This document shows positions 14,501 through 28,000 of a stretch of 37,530 nt of DNA, in pieces. The translations under genes and the position numbers were made by a program. How positions within the stretch are numbered: the first letter of the stretch is position 1; each line of letters begins with the position of its first letter. Source of the DNA: Bugula neritina (lineage: Eukaryota > Animalia > Bryozoa); the NCBI GenBank assembly GCA_964035545.1, contig CAXIUT010000124.1:1-37530 (forward strand), written 5' to 3'. The notes under the pieces are model-generated. The model ran no database searches. It saw only the letters and a program-made list of their open reading frames with translations, and was not told where the DNA came from.

Positions 14501-16176
14501 CTGTCTCTAATTCATACTTCAATCCAGCTTCTAGACCAAACTGTTCCTAATGTTATGGAAGAACTAGTTGCAGTTGGAACCAAGCCATCAGATTACTAGC
14601 TGTTACAATCAATGGCTAACACTATCCTTCAGCCTTTGTTAATTTCGATGGTCTTTGTAAAAATTAAGCTCTTGATTCAAAATCTTTCTTCTATAACGTT
14701 ATTTTCTAAAACTTTAAAAGATCTTATAGCTAGGCCAATCTAAGCCGTTGCAACAATAATTTCCTCTTCAGACCAAATGATAATGCACCAGATCAAGTGG
14801 GTTCTGTCTATCTATGGAACTCAGTTTGTAATAATTGTGACTTTGATTCAGTTGGACAGTTTGACAATCCTAAACGTTCATAACTTGGATGGTTTGGAGG
14901 GTGTGGAAATATGGTCTGCACAGGCAAAAACAACTATATAGTTTAAGATCATACTGGAACTCTCTTCCAAGGAGTTATACTCGCTGCTAATCATTGGATT
15001 GGCTCTAAAACACCAGAATGCACCTACTATCCAAGAATGAACGGATATCACTGCTCTATTCATGAATTCGCAGTATTGGAATACTAAAGCATCGCTCCTG
15101 ATAGAAATACTCGTATCAACTGGCCAATTAGTATTAAATACGATGGAGGGAACTGGGAATCCTTTACCAATGGATATAAAGAGTGGTAATGGGCTGGAAG
15201 TTAGCCTTTAAATAAGAGATTAGGGCGATTCATTTCTACTATCAGGCTGTTCCAGTACTACAATATGACTTTTGCTTCTAATCCTCCAGATGATATGCGA
15301 TTCCAACTGCAAAAAAGAGTAGCAGGAGGAAACAACTCAGATTGGGCAGTCTTCAGAGTCTACTATCCTTTCCCCAATATGATTTAAGTACAAAATAGAG
15401 GCAGGGTAGTAAGACCAATATCTTTATTAGATAATAATGGATAATAACCGGTTAAAACTAACTAATGTGGCTCTAATAAATTTTACTTCTCTAATAGAAC
15501 AATCGAATTTGTTGTAACAGGAGCATCTAATTGTTTTGTGAGAATATCTCTAACTAATTCTGTCCAATTGACTCTCCACTTTATGATGAAACTCAGTGAT
15601 TTCTATCTTAATGATGGAAAAACTCGAATAATCGATAGAATAGCAGCTATCTTCAACATAAAAGATCAATCTAGAATTAAAGTTGTTGGAATCTACACTG
15701 GATCAACCATTGTTACCTTGATGATTAATGCTCCAGTTATAAATTAGGAAGAAAGTAACAATGATAACCCGAAAAAAGGTCTGTCATAAATAAAACTTCT
15801 AAAAAGTCAAATAGAGTAAACTATTTCGACAGGTTCTCTAGGAGATGAACTCTATTCAAAAGATAAAATCGGTCCTCTTCTGAAAGCAGAAACCTAGCTC
15901 ATTCCTATGCATCCAGAAGATGAATCAACAGAATAGAAATAATAATCAAGCATACCTGTTCTCATAATATCCATTTGTGTTTCTCTAGGAGTAGCTCTTT
16001 TAGTAGTAGTTTTGACAATAATCTATTTTAAGAGGAAATCTAATAAAATAAAAAAAACATTTCCTGTTTTGAGTTCAAAGATATCAAGTTAGGATAAAAA
16101 TAATCAGTACTTTAGTTAAGAAGGAGTCTTATAATAGAATATCAGTGAATTAGTTCTGGAACAAAAACAAGAATGA
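5522..16176 (+). CDS. Fibrocystin-L / PKHD1L1-like type I membrane protein, copy 1. 5'-truncated at the telomeric tract, with four apparent 1-nt deletions.
   Basis: Colinear with copy 2 from the signal-peptide end (GLTEVHPEALQLFSVS vs LLISVHPEALQLFSVS). Contains IPT/TIG repeats, PA14 (AFTGYFKAPVDGRYTF..VADD), a discoidin-like segment, two G8 domains (RWSDIRTWGTDMPPIDGD; FWSNATQWPGGRMP), beta-helix repeats (GRYCIHFHMNGD, FWITNPSN) and a C-terminal TM helix; TGA at 16174-16176. Frame shifts near 8672, 10203, 11033 and 11072. Confidence 0.85.
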
Positions 16177-16257
16177 TTATTCAAAGAAAATATTGATTAT
16201 TATGTTTATTAATAAAATGTTTATTCAAATAATTAATCAATAATATATATAAGTATA

Positions 16258-18884
16258 TCATATTGGAGGTAGATTTAAATTTATACCAGCTACATGACTT
16301 CTATCTCGACGATCAATACTATTCTTTTTCAACTTCTTTTACTCGAATCTATTCATTTTTATACTATTACTCACCAAATGCTAACTAAAAGTAGGAGAAA
16401 CCTCTTTAAGAGTAAATGACTTATTTCTCTACTTTCTTAATCCACTTTTCTTATCTAACTTTTCTAAATGACTACGACTAGTTTATATTGTATTGTATGA
16501 TTTTATCAACTACTTTCGCTAAGGTTTAAACTCTTTTGATTGATTTTTAATGCTTTATTTATTCTCTACTGATTTTAATTTTTATCTTCCCTTCTTGGAA
16601 CTGATATCATTCTAAAATTAACTTTTTTATTGAATTTACATTCTAGATTTCAAACCAAATGTCTAGCCATATATTTTAAGTTTATGACCTTTTCCCTTAG
16701 CTGATAAAGATTAATTTCCAGTTTTGTTTTTATTTTGTAGCTATTTTTATAATTCTGTCTAAGTTTGTTATCCTTGTCTTTAAGAAAGGGCTGGAAACCT
16801 TGATTTAATCAAATTTCTCACCTAGAAATATTATCTAAGATGAGCATTTCCAAGTAAATCACTAACTACTGTCTGATAATCTAACTATTTCTTTTGAGTT
16901 TTCTTTTATTTAGAAGGGGGAGGAGATGGAGGTCTAACTATTTCTTACTTTTTAATTGCCTCTTTTTACTATTATGAAGATATTTCCTGAGTCTTATAAA
17001 ATAAATCCTGCATTTTATGCTGAGAAATCATCAACTATTAAGCTTAGCTATCAGATCCAGAGCCACTTTCATCAACCACTGTCACAGATTCTTTCATATC
17101 AAGTATTTATTTTTTTATATTCTTCAGAAAAGCACTTTCTTTTAAGCTCTTTTATTCCTTATAAGCCTCCATATAGGTCCGATACATAGAGAGCACAAGA
17201 GTTTTCCCTAGATCTTTATAGTGATTTTCATTGAATGAAAATGGTCCTGGTTTATCCTGAATCTTATAGGAACTACATTCTTTTTATTACCGAAGAAAGA
17301 CACTTAATACGTGTAAGCATTACCCGTATTCTTAATCAATTTGCCAAGCACAACTCTTGCTGTTTAAGCCTTTCCTCCTCTTTCAGATGAAAACCTACTC
17401 TCTTCGAAAAGTATATTAGTATTCAATTTTGAAGCGATATAAGGGAACAACATAGGATTTTTTCCAACATTATTTCCATAGAAAAAGCTACCCAATCTAC
17501 ATAAAAAATCAAATACTTGCGACTATGTCCATGAAGATCCAAAATAAGTTAAACTTGCATATTTTTATGTATTTTTTTAATAGTATTTTTGATATGATAT
17601 ACTTCAGGATGAAGTTTTGGACTTGTCTTTTCCCAACATCGATTTAAATCAAATCCACTAAAATTACTTCGATAATTCCCAAGAAAAACTCCATCCATAT
17701 TGACCATAGGTATAATAAAAATATCAAATCTCCAAACTAAAAATTATGTCTAAGTAGAATTCCTCAATAACTAATGTACCATCTCTTCAGCAATAAAAGA
17801 ACCTACAGTTTCTCCAGGATGTTGCCTTGCCAATATAACTATTGCTTTTTTGTCAAAAGGACTCTTTTCAAGAGATTTAATCTTTATCATAGGAATTTGC
17901 CTACCCATATAAGTAGTTCCTATCGTTTGGATAGTAACCTTTGGCTTTTGTTTTAGTTATTCCAGCAAATCATTGAGATTATCAAGATCATAAGGCATTG
18001 CATGTGAAAATTGAACAGTATCATTTTAGACAGTAAAATCATATTCAAAAGAAAGAGTTTTATAGTTCTTTTTTGGATTATCTTCATACTGCAAATCATT
18101 TCTCTCATAATAAATATTAAAGCCTTTCCTTCTCCATGTTTTTTTACTTCCTTTATCACTTTTCATTGAATTTACACAAGGTTTCATCCCATGGTTATAA
18201 AGAGAATCAGATTTGTACTAAGTTAAAACAAAAATACCAAATTTACTATATTAAACTTAGCTATAAAATTATTTCTCTTGTTTTTAACTTTGAAATTAAA
18301 CCACTGAGTAAATCCTCCAGTATTAATATCATTTTGCAAAAGCAGATCATATTCTCTAAATCCTTTCTACATATTACAAAAAATACCTTATAGACCAGCA
18401 TGAGATTGCCAGATTAATAGTTAGAATCGAATTACAACTGATCATCCTTTAAAGTTCCAAGATATTCAGGCAATTTAATAACTCCTTTATGTTACTTTTT
18501 AATGAAAATTCCTGAAAGATATTATATATTATCCCTCTTATTGAACTTCTCATTATTATATCGTTTATAGACCATAAAAGAACTACGATATTAATCGACT
18601 AAAGCTGAAAAATCTTTGTTAGAAGTTACTGTTAATTTTTATTTGCGTTTATACTCTTTACCTTATTGATGATTTTCTTCATAGAATTGTCCAAACTGTT
18701 TGCCTAGATAGTTAGATGAATGATCTGGATTGAGATGTTATATTTTAAATGATATTTTCTATGAATCAATATCTATGTTTTTGGTTATGATAGGGTTAGC
18801 AGGAGGAAGAAGTTCCCTTAGAGAAGTTGATAACTATTACTTTGATTGGTTTTTTTATTCCTATGAAATGCTCGTATTCGACAT
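16258..18884 (-). CDS. Cytosolic carboxypeptidase (M14D, CCP/AGBL/Nna1 family tubulin deglutamylase), 848 aa, 4 introns
   Basis: Motifs FDSNYESGNL, EYDLLLQNDINTGGFTQWFNF, NLYKSDSLYNHGMKP, ARQHPGET, IPMVNMDGVFLGNYR, GFDLNRCW, LDLHGHSRKLGSFFYG and YTYEVSFFG. 2627 nt minus 4x20 nt = 2547 nt = 849 codons from ATG to TGA. Confidence 0.92.
17257..17276 (-). other. 20-nt intron
   Basis: GTAGTTCCTATAAGATTCAG; removal restores the frame to FSFNENHYKDLGKTLV and through to the stop. Confidence 0.85.
17497..17516 (-). other. 20-nt intron
   Basis: GTATTTGATTTTTTATGTAG; removal restores DLHGHSRK-LGSFFYG. Confidence 0.9.
18218..18237 (-). other. 20-nt intron
   Basis: GTATTTTTGTTTTAACTTAG; removal restores FNIVNL-YKSDSLY. 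Confidence 0.9.
18367..18386 (-). other. 20-nt intron
   Basis: GTATTTTTTGTAATATGTAG; removal restores ESGNLMLVYK-KGFREYDL. Confidence 0.9.
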
Positions 18885-19079
18885 TATAAAATTATTTTGA
18901 TCCGACCTTTTATTTACATTAACTGAACTAATGCCATTTATCAATAGATAATCATCAAAATATTCAATTACTCTATTATTTTGTCTATTAAATTAAAAGA
19001 GTGCAACATTTGGATAATATTGAAATAAAATTGATGTTGAAATCATTGGTAGATTGCTCTTACTCAATATTTTTTATCA

Positions 19080-22000
19080 ATGAAAGTAGGCGTTTCTCTC
19101 TGTTTTATCCTCTTACTAATATCAGTCCACCCTTAGGCCCTACAACTCTTCTCTGTCTCGAGCAGCTCAAGTCAGGTCACTCCTCCATCCGGAAGTACCA
19201 GCGGTGGAACCACCATCTACATTAGAGGTGTAGGATTCAACACCAATGCTGCCAACAACCAAGTTCTAGTCGGAACCTATCCCTGTACCATTCCAGCCGA
19301 TGGAGCAACAGCAACCACTCTTGCTTGCATCACTTCTGATACAGGTCAAACAGGTAATATATATTACTTACCCATCACTGTCATCAGCAACGGACAACAA
19401 CAAATGTTGACAATGGAACAGGGAAGCTTCTCCTATACGTCAGCCAAAACTCCAATCGTCTACAGTCTCTATCCAGCTTCTTCAGTTGCAGGGGATCTCA
19501 TTAAATTTTATGGCATCCATCGTATTTCTAATGTTGGAGATGGACTTAGAGATATGGGAGATATCATTTCTATGAAAATAGGAACAACTCTTTGTGGAAG
19601 ATTAGATATCACTGAAGGACCTATCTCAGCCGGCTCTCTAGATTATATCTCATGCTACCAAGGTCTTCAACAAGAAGCTGGAAAGTATCAAATTTCAGAA
19701 CATCTTACTGTTGGACATTCAGTAGCAGATTATTTCCTCAGAAGAACATCAACCATGAATGAAATCTTCCATTTCGCTGTTCTACCAGCAATCACTTCTA
19801 TTTCTCCCTCAAGTGGTTCTTCAGCAGGACAAAGAGTCACCATCTCAGGCACAGGATTTTCCACAAACACATCTCTAGTTCAAGTTTCAGTAGATGGAAC
19901 ATCTTGTATTCCAGCTAGCTCAACTGTCACAGAAATAATATGTAATCTTCAAACAAAAGACATGAACGCCACAGCCCAACTAGGAACAAATTCAGGCAGT
20001 CAAACCAATGGATATCATTCTGGAAGCGGATTAAAATACAGAAGGTATAGTACTAGTTCACTTGCTGCAAAAACATATTCTGGATTGAGAAATGCTATCA
20101 ACTCGAATTCTTCGACTATTACTTTAGTTGAAGAAGGATTTAGAGGAGAAATATAAACAGGTAACTATCATGGTTCTTACTATGGATAAGCCTTTACTGG
20201 CTACTTCACTGCACCAGTTGATGGAATTTACACATTCCAAGGAGTAGCAGATGATAATTTTGCTGTCTATTTATCCTCAACCTATGGATCAGCTGATCCA
20301 GCATCAACTCCTCTTATTTACTCAGATTCAGCACAAAATTAAAATTATTATCTCACTTATAAAACTAGTGCATAAGCCAATGTCACTCTCGTAGCTGGTA
20401 GAAGTTACTACATCGAAGTTTATCATATCAATAATGCAGGAAGTGGATTCCTTAGATTGTCAGTTCAAGTACCTAACAGTGACATATCTCTCAACTGGCA
20501 AACTTATACAGTACATAAATTAGAACTAGCCTTCACAAATGATCCTTAAATAGTTAATTTCACCCAAACAGGTGGTCAATAAGGTACAATCAACCTCACA
20601 ATTACTACAAGAGTTATCGGTAGTCCACCTTCAGTAGAAGTAGCATCTATCAGCTATAATTCAAGCATTTCTGCTTTTATATCTGCCATTAAAGGACTCT
20701 CAGTTTATGACTCTTCCTATTCGATTTCAGGTCATCGATAAATGTATGATTAAAATGGAACATTGACAGTTAATTAATATTAAGCTTTCACCTTCAGCTG
20801 GATTCTTTCTATTTATAGATTAAGACCTGCATCTGCAGTTAGCAGTAGTGCCAACATTGTACCTATATTTATCAACTATGTTGGTGATTAAAACTTTACT
20901 CAAACAATTGTTCATCCTCATGGAGATCTCATTTCAGGAACTTTCAGTCTTACTGTCAATAATATTCCTGTTAGAAGTGGAAACTCAGCTGATTTAAGTT
21001 CAGGAATCTCAACCAATAATCTTCAATCTGCTTTTAACTCCATCACTGGATTTTAACAAGTTAGAGTTAGTATGATCTCTAACTCTAAATACCAAGCATA
21101 CGGAGCAACCTGGATCATCTCATACTATGGCATCAACAGCTTCCTTCCTGATTTAGTTATCAATGATGCTTTACTACTTGGAGGAGTATCAGGAACAAAA
21201 CCAACCATGACTGCAACTACTCTCAGATATCACAACTATAACCTCCTCTTTGATCCTATCGACTACACCCTTCTCAACACATAAGCTAGTCAGCCAAACG
21301 TCCTAGTTACCATAAATGGTATGCCTAGTGTTTGTACAGGATCATGTGGATATACTTTCCTCATGAACACACCAGTCCTAACATCAGCTTCTATAACTGG
21401 ATCAGTAGTTGATCTAAGTCTCACTGATCCTGCTTCTTTGGGCTATACACTAAACTAAGTTACAATCGATATTGGAGGTCAACCTTGCACAATTATCAAT
21501 ACCAATGATCCAATCAGTAACTTCCAATGCCAACTTGCATAAAATTCTGATTATACTCCCACAATTCCTGCAGGCACATACATGCCACAAGCAACTATTT
21601 CATCAGTTGGACAAGTTCCTTCTGGTCCAGCAGTAGTAGCCTTTCCATTTTCACTAACTCTTACCAGTTTGAGCATCACTTCAGGTGGAACAAATGGAGG
21701 TTATAGTCTGGTATTAACAGGAACAGGTTTTCCATTGACTATGGCATAAGCAAAGATCAATATCTGTGGTGTCGATGCCACTATTTCATCAATCAATAAC
21801 ATCCAAGCAGAAATTTTAGTCCCAGAGTGCACAACAGGAGTTCAAGATATTACGATCACAAGTGGATCATTAACTAGCAATTCTCTTCAATTTACCTACA
21901 ACAACCCAACTCCAATTGGCTACATCTTCTCAGTCACTCCTCAATCCCACAACCCAGCACTGAAAGGAATAATGTAGATCACAGGATCAGGTTTTGGAAC

Positions 22001-25000
22001 AGATCTCAGTGCCATCAGAGTTGATTTAGCAAATGGAAGTGGAAAAGTCTATCCCATGCGCATTCTTGTCATTAATGAAACATACATTAAAACAGGTATT
22101 CCTGGAGGACTAGCAGGCAACTATAAAGTTCAAGTCAATAAAATAGGCGTAGGATAAATAATGCCAAACTCCTCAACTGTCAATGATTTCACCTATTAAG
22201 TTGTTGTCTACTCAGTAACGCCATCATCAGGCAGTTACTATGGAGGAACACTCATCAGTATATTAGGTATTAACTTTGCTACAGCTATCAACTAAAACAA
22301 AGTCTACATAGGAAATTAAATCAACTGGTTCTGTAACATTGAATCTATCACAACTACATAAATCTTGTGTAGGACACCTGAAGCCAGCTAATACTATAAC
22401 ATCAGTCAATCTCATACAGTTTATGTTTAAACCAGGTTGATGGTTGACAATACTTGTGGAGCCAACAGCACCTGCACTTTTGATTATCTACCTATCAACT
22501 CAAGTCTCTCACTTACTTCAATCTCAAAAAGCTAAATTACAACTGGAACTGTTACCCTCACTGGACTAAATCTCAATTCAAGCATTCCATAAGTAGTTCT
22601 CACAAATAAACTCACCGGACAAGTTACTTTGGCTACTCCTTCTTCTTTTAACTCGACCAGCATCTCCTTCACTGTTCCTGATATCGAAAGTGGGCCATAT
22701 AATGTCAAAGCAAGAATAGATCCCATCGGATAAACAAATGCCTATCTCCTCAATGTTAAATCTTCTTTCTCTTCAGCTTCACCGCCTTCGTTATCAACAA
22801 ATGGAGGAAAAGTTACTTTGTCAGGAAGTGGCTTACCAACAAGCTGGCCTAACTCAAATTTCATTCTCAAAATAACTTCAGATGGTTCATTCGTTGAACC
22901 AGTTATCATTGGAACTACTTCAACTGCCTTTACAATATCTCTACCAGCAGCTGCAAACAACGTAGTCTATACAGTCGCTTTAACTTCTCCACTTGGAGCT
23001 TCAATCTCGAAAACCATCACAGCTAAGACAAGTTCAACTCCTAGCCTTAGTCTAACTAGCTCAACTTCAGCATCTCAAGGTAGTATTAGTTTTACCTTCA
23101 TGAAAAATAATTTTGCAACTGTTGATCCCGATTATGTTTAAATATTTTCAAGGTACAATAGTAATGAAATTTATAATGTTACAATTTCATCTGCAAATGT
23201 GACTGCCAACCTTGATTTTACTCATCAACTATCAGGAGGTTTCTTTGGCTTTAGGTTTTATTACAGTCAGTATGGATGGGCTACTTGTGATGATAACATT
23301 TCAGTAACTATCTCTCAACCTTCAGTGCCTTCTATTCTTACATCTTACAATGGAGGGTAGTTTACTTTGACTGGAAGTGGTTTGAGCTCTAGCGCTACTA
23401 TCAACATCAATGGATTCAAAACTACTCTTCAAAACATCACTGCTTCTTCAGCCATAGCTACTGTCCCTCCCTTCGTTAACTCTCTTTCTCAAAGTCAGTA
23501 TCAGCTAGTAACTCCTAAAAGAATTACTAAAGATGAGTTCACTATCATCAGTGATAGTCAAGCTAACTAAGAAAAAGCTTTTGATGGATTGCATGGAACT
23601 CCTTACTCTACTTCTAACTCCAACTGCTACATTGGAATTGATGTTGGGTCTTAGCTCTTATTAAAAGTATCTCGCATCAGATTCTTCCCTAATAACCAAT
23701 GGATGGTTGTTGTCAACTACTTGCTTGGAGCAAAGATATAAGCTTCAGTTGATGGAATAAACTATGATACTCTTACTACTATAGACTCAACAGTCCATTC
23801 AGGTTGGAACATTCATCCTTTTTCTCTTTCTACTTACTATAGGTATGTTAGGTTCAGTCATACTTCTTCAGCAGGTTGTCAGTTAGCTTAGTTTGAAGTC
23901 CAAGGAGTTCTTTTGAAAGAAGGTATTTCTTCTCTTGCTTCTAACTCAGCCAATATTGTCTATGAAGACGGAGCCAACTCTTTCACTCTAGGATCAGTAC
24001 AGTTCAGAGAAGACAGAACTCCAGTCGTTAATTCTCTTTCTAAAGCTAATGGAGATGTTTTCGGAGGATATAACTTAACTCTTACAGGTAACTACCTCAA
24101 CTTTGATACTCCTTCTATTTCTATTGATGGTAAAGACTGTGCAGTGTTAGATAGTTCTCTCACAACTATCACTTGCAATGTTTCTGAAAGACTTACTTTG
24201 CCTTAGAAGAACTCCTTTGTTGTTAAAGTAGGATCAAACAATGCAGTGATTCATCAAAGTTTCTCTTATGTCTTGAGATGGAGTGATATTCGTACTTGGG
24301 GGACAGATATGCCTCCTATCGATGGAGATCTTGTGCATGTTCCTCAAGGCATGAACCTTTTGGTTGACTAATCTACTCCTCAACTCGAAGGAATCCTTGT
24401 GCAGAATGGAACTATTACTTTTGCTGACTAGAGTGATATGTTGATTAAAGCAGGTTTCATACTTTTAGTTGGGGGATAGTTCATAGCAGGAACAGAACAA
24501 TCTCCTTATCAACATTAACTAACATTCTAAATGTATGGAGGTTACTATGGATCTCAACTTCCGATATTTGGTAACAAAGTGATAGGTTGTCATGAATGCT
24601 TTTTATCAATGCATGGACAGAAAAGAAATGTAACTTGGTCTTCACTATCTTCTACTGCTAGTGTAGGTGATAATTCAATAACAATTCAAGATTCTGTAGA
24701 TTGGAGAGTAAACTAAACTATAGTCATCGCATCTACTAGCTTTAAACATTGGGAAGCAGAAAGAAGAATGATTATTGCTATTAGTGGAAATACTTTAACA
24801 CTCAACTAATCTTTAAAATATTAACATTTTGCTGGAGTATAAAATTATGGCAGCGATAATTTAGAAATGAGAGCAGAAGTAGGTCTATTAACTAGAAATA
24901 TCAAGATGATGGGAGATAATACCTCAGAAGCAGAAAGATATGGTTCCCACCTTTTGATGGCAGGTAGCTCTTAAAATGGACTTAAAGCACATATTGCTTA

Positions 25001-28000
25001 TACTTAATTTACTAAGTGTGGACAGCCAAGAATCATTGGCAGATATTGTATTCACTTCCACATGAATGGTGATGTTTCTGAATCTTATGCCAGAGGTAAT
25101 GCTGTCCATGACTCGATGGCAAGAGTCATCACTATCCATGGAGTTCACTACTTGACTGTCTAGCACAATGTAGGTTACTTAGTTCAAGGACACAACTACT
25201 TTGTCTAGGATGGCATTGAAACTCACAACCTCATCCAGTACAACTTGGCTATTGGGTCTCTTGAGTCTTGGACTATGCTTCAAACTGACATTTCTGTTGC
25301 TTCTTTCTGGATCACTAATCCAAGCAACCACTTTAGATACAACCATGCAGCTGGCAGTGACTTCTATGGCTTTTGGTACGAGATAAAGCCAAGACCTGAT
25401 GGTCCTTCAGCAACTGGAGATGTCTGTCCAATGGGAAACCCTCTAGGATAAACTCATCATAACGTAGCTCACTCGAATGTTCGTTTTGGTCTCAGAATAT
25501 TCAAATTATCTCCAAGAACTTATCCATGTGAAAGTCTATTCATCCAAGATCAAATCGATCCTTGGAAAAATAACCCTCCAATTATAAGCACATTCTCATA
25601 CTATACACTTTACAAAAATGGATAATGTGGTTTGTTATCAGAACAGACAGGTAACCTTATTTTTGATCACTTTGTAAGTGCCTAAAACAAAAGAGCAGGA
25701 GCATAATTTTACATATCATAATTTACTTAACAACCAGTATCAATTATAAATTCTGTTATGATAGGACAAACTAATAGTAATTCGCCTCAATCTGTTTCAG
25801 GAGCAAAGGGAATCATCACTCCTCGACTGGGAAACATCAGAATAGATAATATTGACTTCTATAACTACCCAGTAAATACTCATAGTCTTTAAACCTGCTC
25901 TAATTGTGATAATCCAATGCAATTTTCAAATACTGCACAATAAATATATATATCTAACATCTCATACACCAATGTTTCAGGTCACAAACTCTTCATGAAT
26001 GGTCATAAAAAATAAATTCTCTATGATCTTGATGGGACCTTCACTACGACCGATTTCGATGGTAATCAAAGATCTTCAGCAGCTGTAGTTAATAATTTCA
26101 AACATTTATCTAGCTAAATGGCCTGTTTACCTACCAGTAATACTGCACAATGGGATACTACTCTTGCCTGCGATAGTACTGTCAAAGTAGCTAGTGTCAG
26201 GTTTAGCCAACTACAATCTGGTATCTTCAATTTAGTCGCATTGAAAGCATAAGAAATACCTGATATCACAGCCAATGTCTCAGAAACTTCAACCGATTTC
26301 ACTGAAACATATTCACAATTTTCAGCTAGTTCAACAAAAGATTCAAAAATAAGTGGAAAAACATATGCTTTACCTTATGTTGCAGGCAGAATCTATAACA
26401 TCTGGTGGCATTCTGGTCTTGACTTTGATTCTCTACAAATGGAATCATCTAACTACCTTAAATAAACCGATCCCGCTATTCTTTTCAAATTTAATTACAC
26501 TCTTCATAGGTAAATATTCGATATTGGACCCAGTAGACCTGGATCTCCCTTGACTACGAGCAGTCTATTCAATCCAACTCCTTAGTTCTTGAACTAAACT
26601 AGCTGCAGCAATGGACAATTCTTCTTCGATAATAGCGAATAAAACAGAACTCTCTAACTTTGTGCAAGTGCTGTCAATAGAACCTACTTCTAGACCACTC
26701 ATGTTAATGCTATTTATTGTCGCTATCTTTGTCCATAACCTCCAGGATAATTCGTTAAGGAAGACTTCGTTAGATACTGGAGTAATGCCACTCAATGGCC
26801 CTAGCAAAGAATGCCTTTACCAGGAGAAAATGTGACTGTCAGTGGAAATTGGACCATTATCATGGATGTTGATCCTGCACCTTGTGATTTCATGCAAATT
26901 GATGGAGATATCTACATCTAAGATAAATAAGATAGAAGTATTACAGCTAATAGCATCTGGATTAGAGCAGGATCTCTTACTGCAGGAAATTCAACTCATC
27001 CCTTCACTCATTCACTTACTATTACACTAGCTGGAGAGAAAAATGGTTCAGGATGGACTTTTGATCCTGCACTTCAAGACAATAAAATATTTTTAGTTAC
27101 AGGATAGCTCAGTTTAGTTGGCACTAGTCCTTCAACTTTGATGACTAAACTAACAGCTATAGTATCCTCTGGAGCAACTCAAATGACAGTTGAAAGTGCT
27201 TCAGGATGGGCTGTAGGTGATACAATCGTCATAGCTCCAAGTTTCAGATCTAGTTCATAATATTAAAGAGTTTAAATTACAGCTATTAGTGGAAATAAAA
27301 TCACCTTTACTCCTGCCCTTCAATATACTCACTATGGAGCTAGTGGAATAACTATTAATAATTCGTTTGGAACTCTTGATACTCGAGCCTCAGTTGGTCA
27401 TATCTCAAGAAATATTAAATTTGTTTCAGGTGCTGACAGTGGCTGGGGATATACAATTTATATTTATCAACTCTGGTAAGGTTCTTCATCTAGAACTGGA
27501 AAAGCTCTATTTGATTCAGTATAATTTACTCTTGGAGGACAGTATGATACCTTTGATGCCACTCTCAACTTAATCAACAATGGAGACTCATCAGCAGATA
27601 CTGTAACCATTCAAAAATCATCATTTTCATTCTGTAGAAGCTTCTGTCTAAAAGCTTAAGCTCACTATGGTGCTAACATCAATAACAACGTTTTTTATTA
27701 AGGCAGAAAATTCCATATAAAACTTAATAATGTAATCAATGTTGTTACAAACAATAATCTCATGATAGGAGCAATAGCTAGGCCAACTTTTGCTGCTGGA
27801 TAGCCTGTAGCTTGTGTTGAAGTTACAAACACTTTACCTTTATCAACCAACCTTAAACTTACAGATAATATCTGCCAAGGATCAAAAGTAAATGCATACG
27901 TTCTTCCACTACTTGCTTGTTCTCAACTAAATAGCAATCCTTTTACAAATAATGTCGCAGGATCAGCCTAATCTAATGGATTTTTATTGACTAAAACTAA

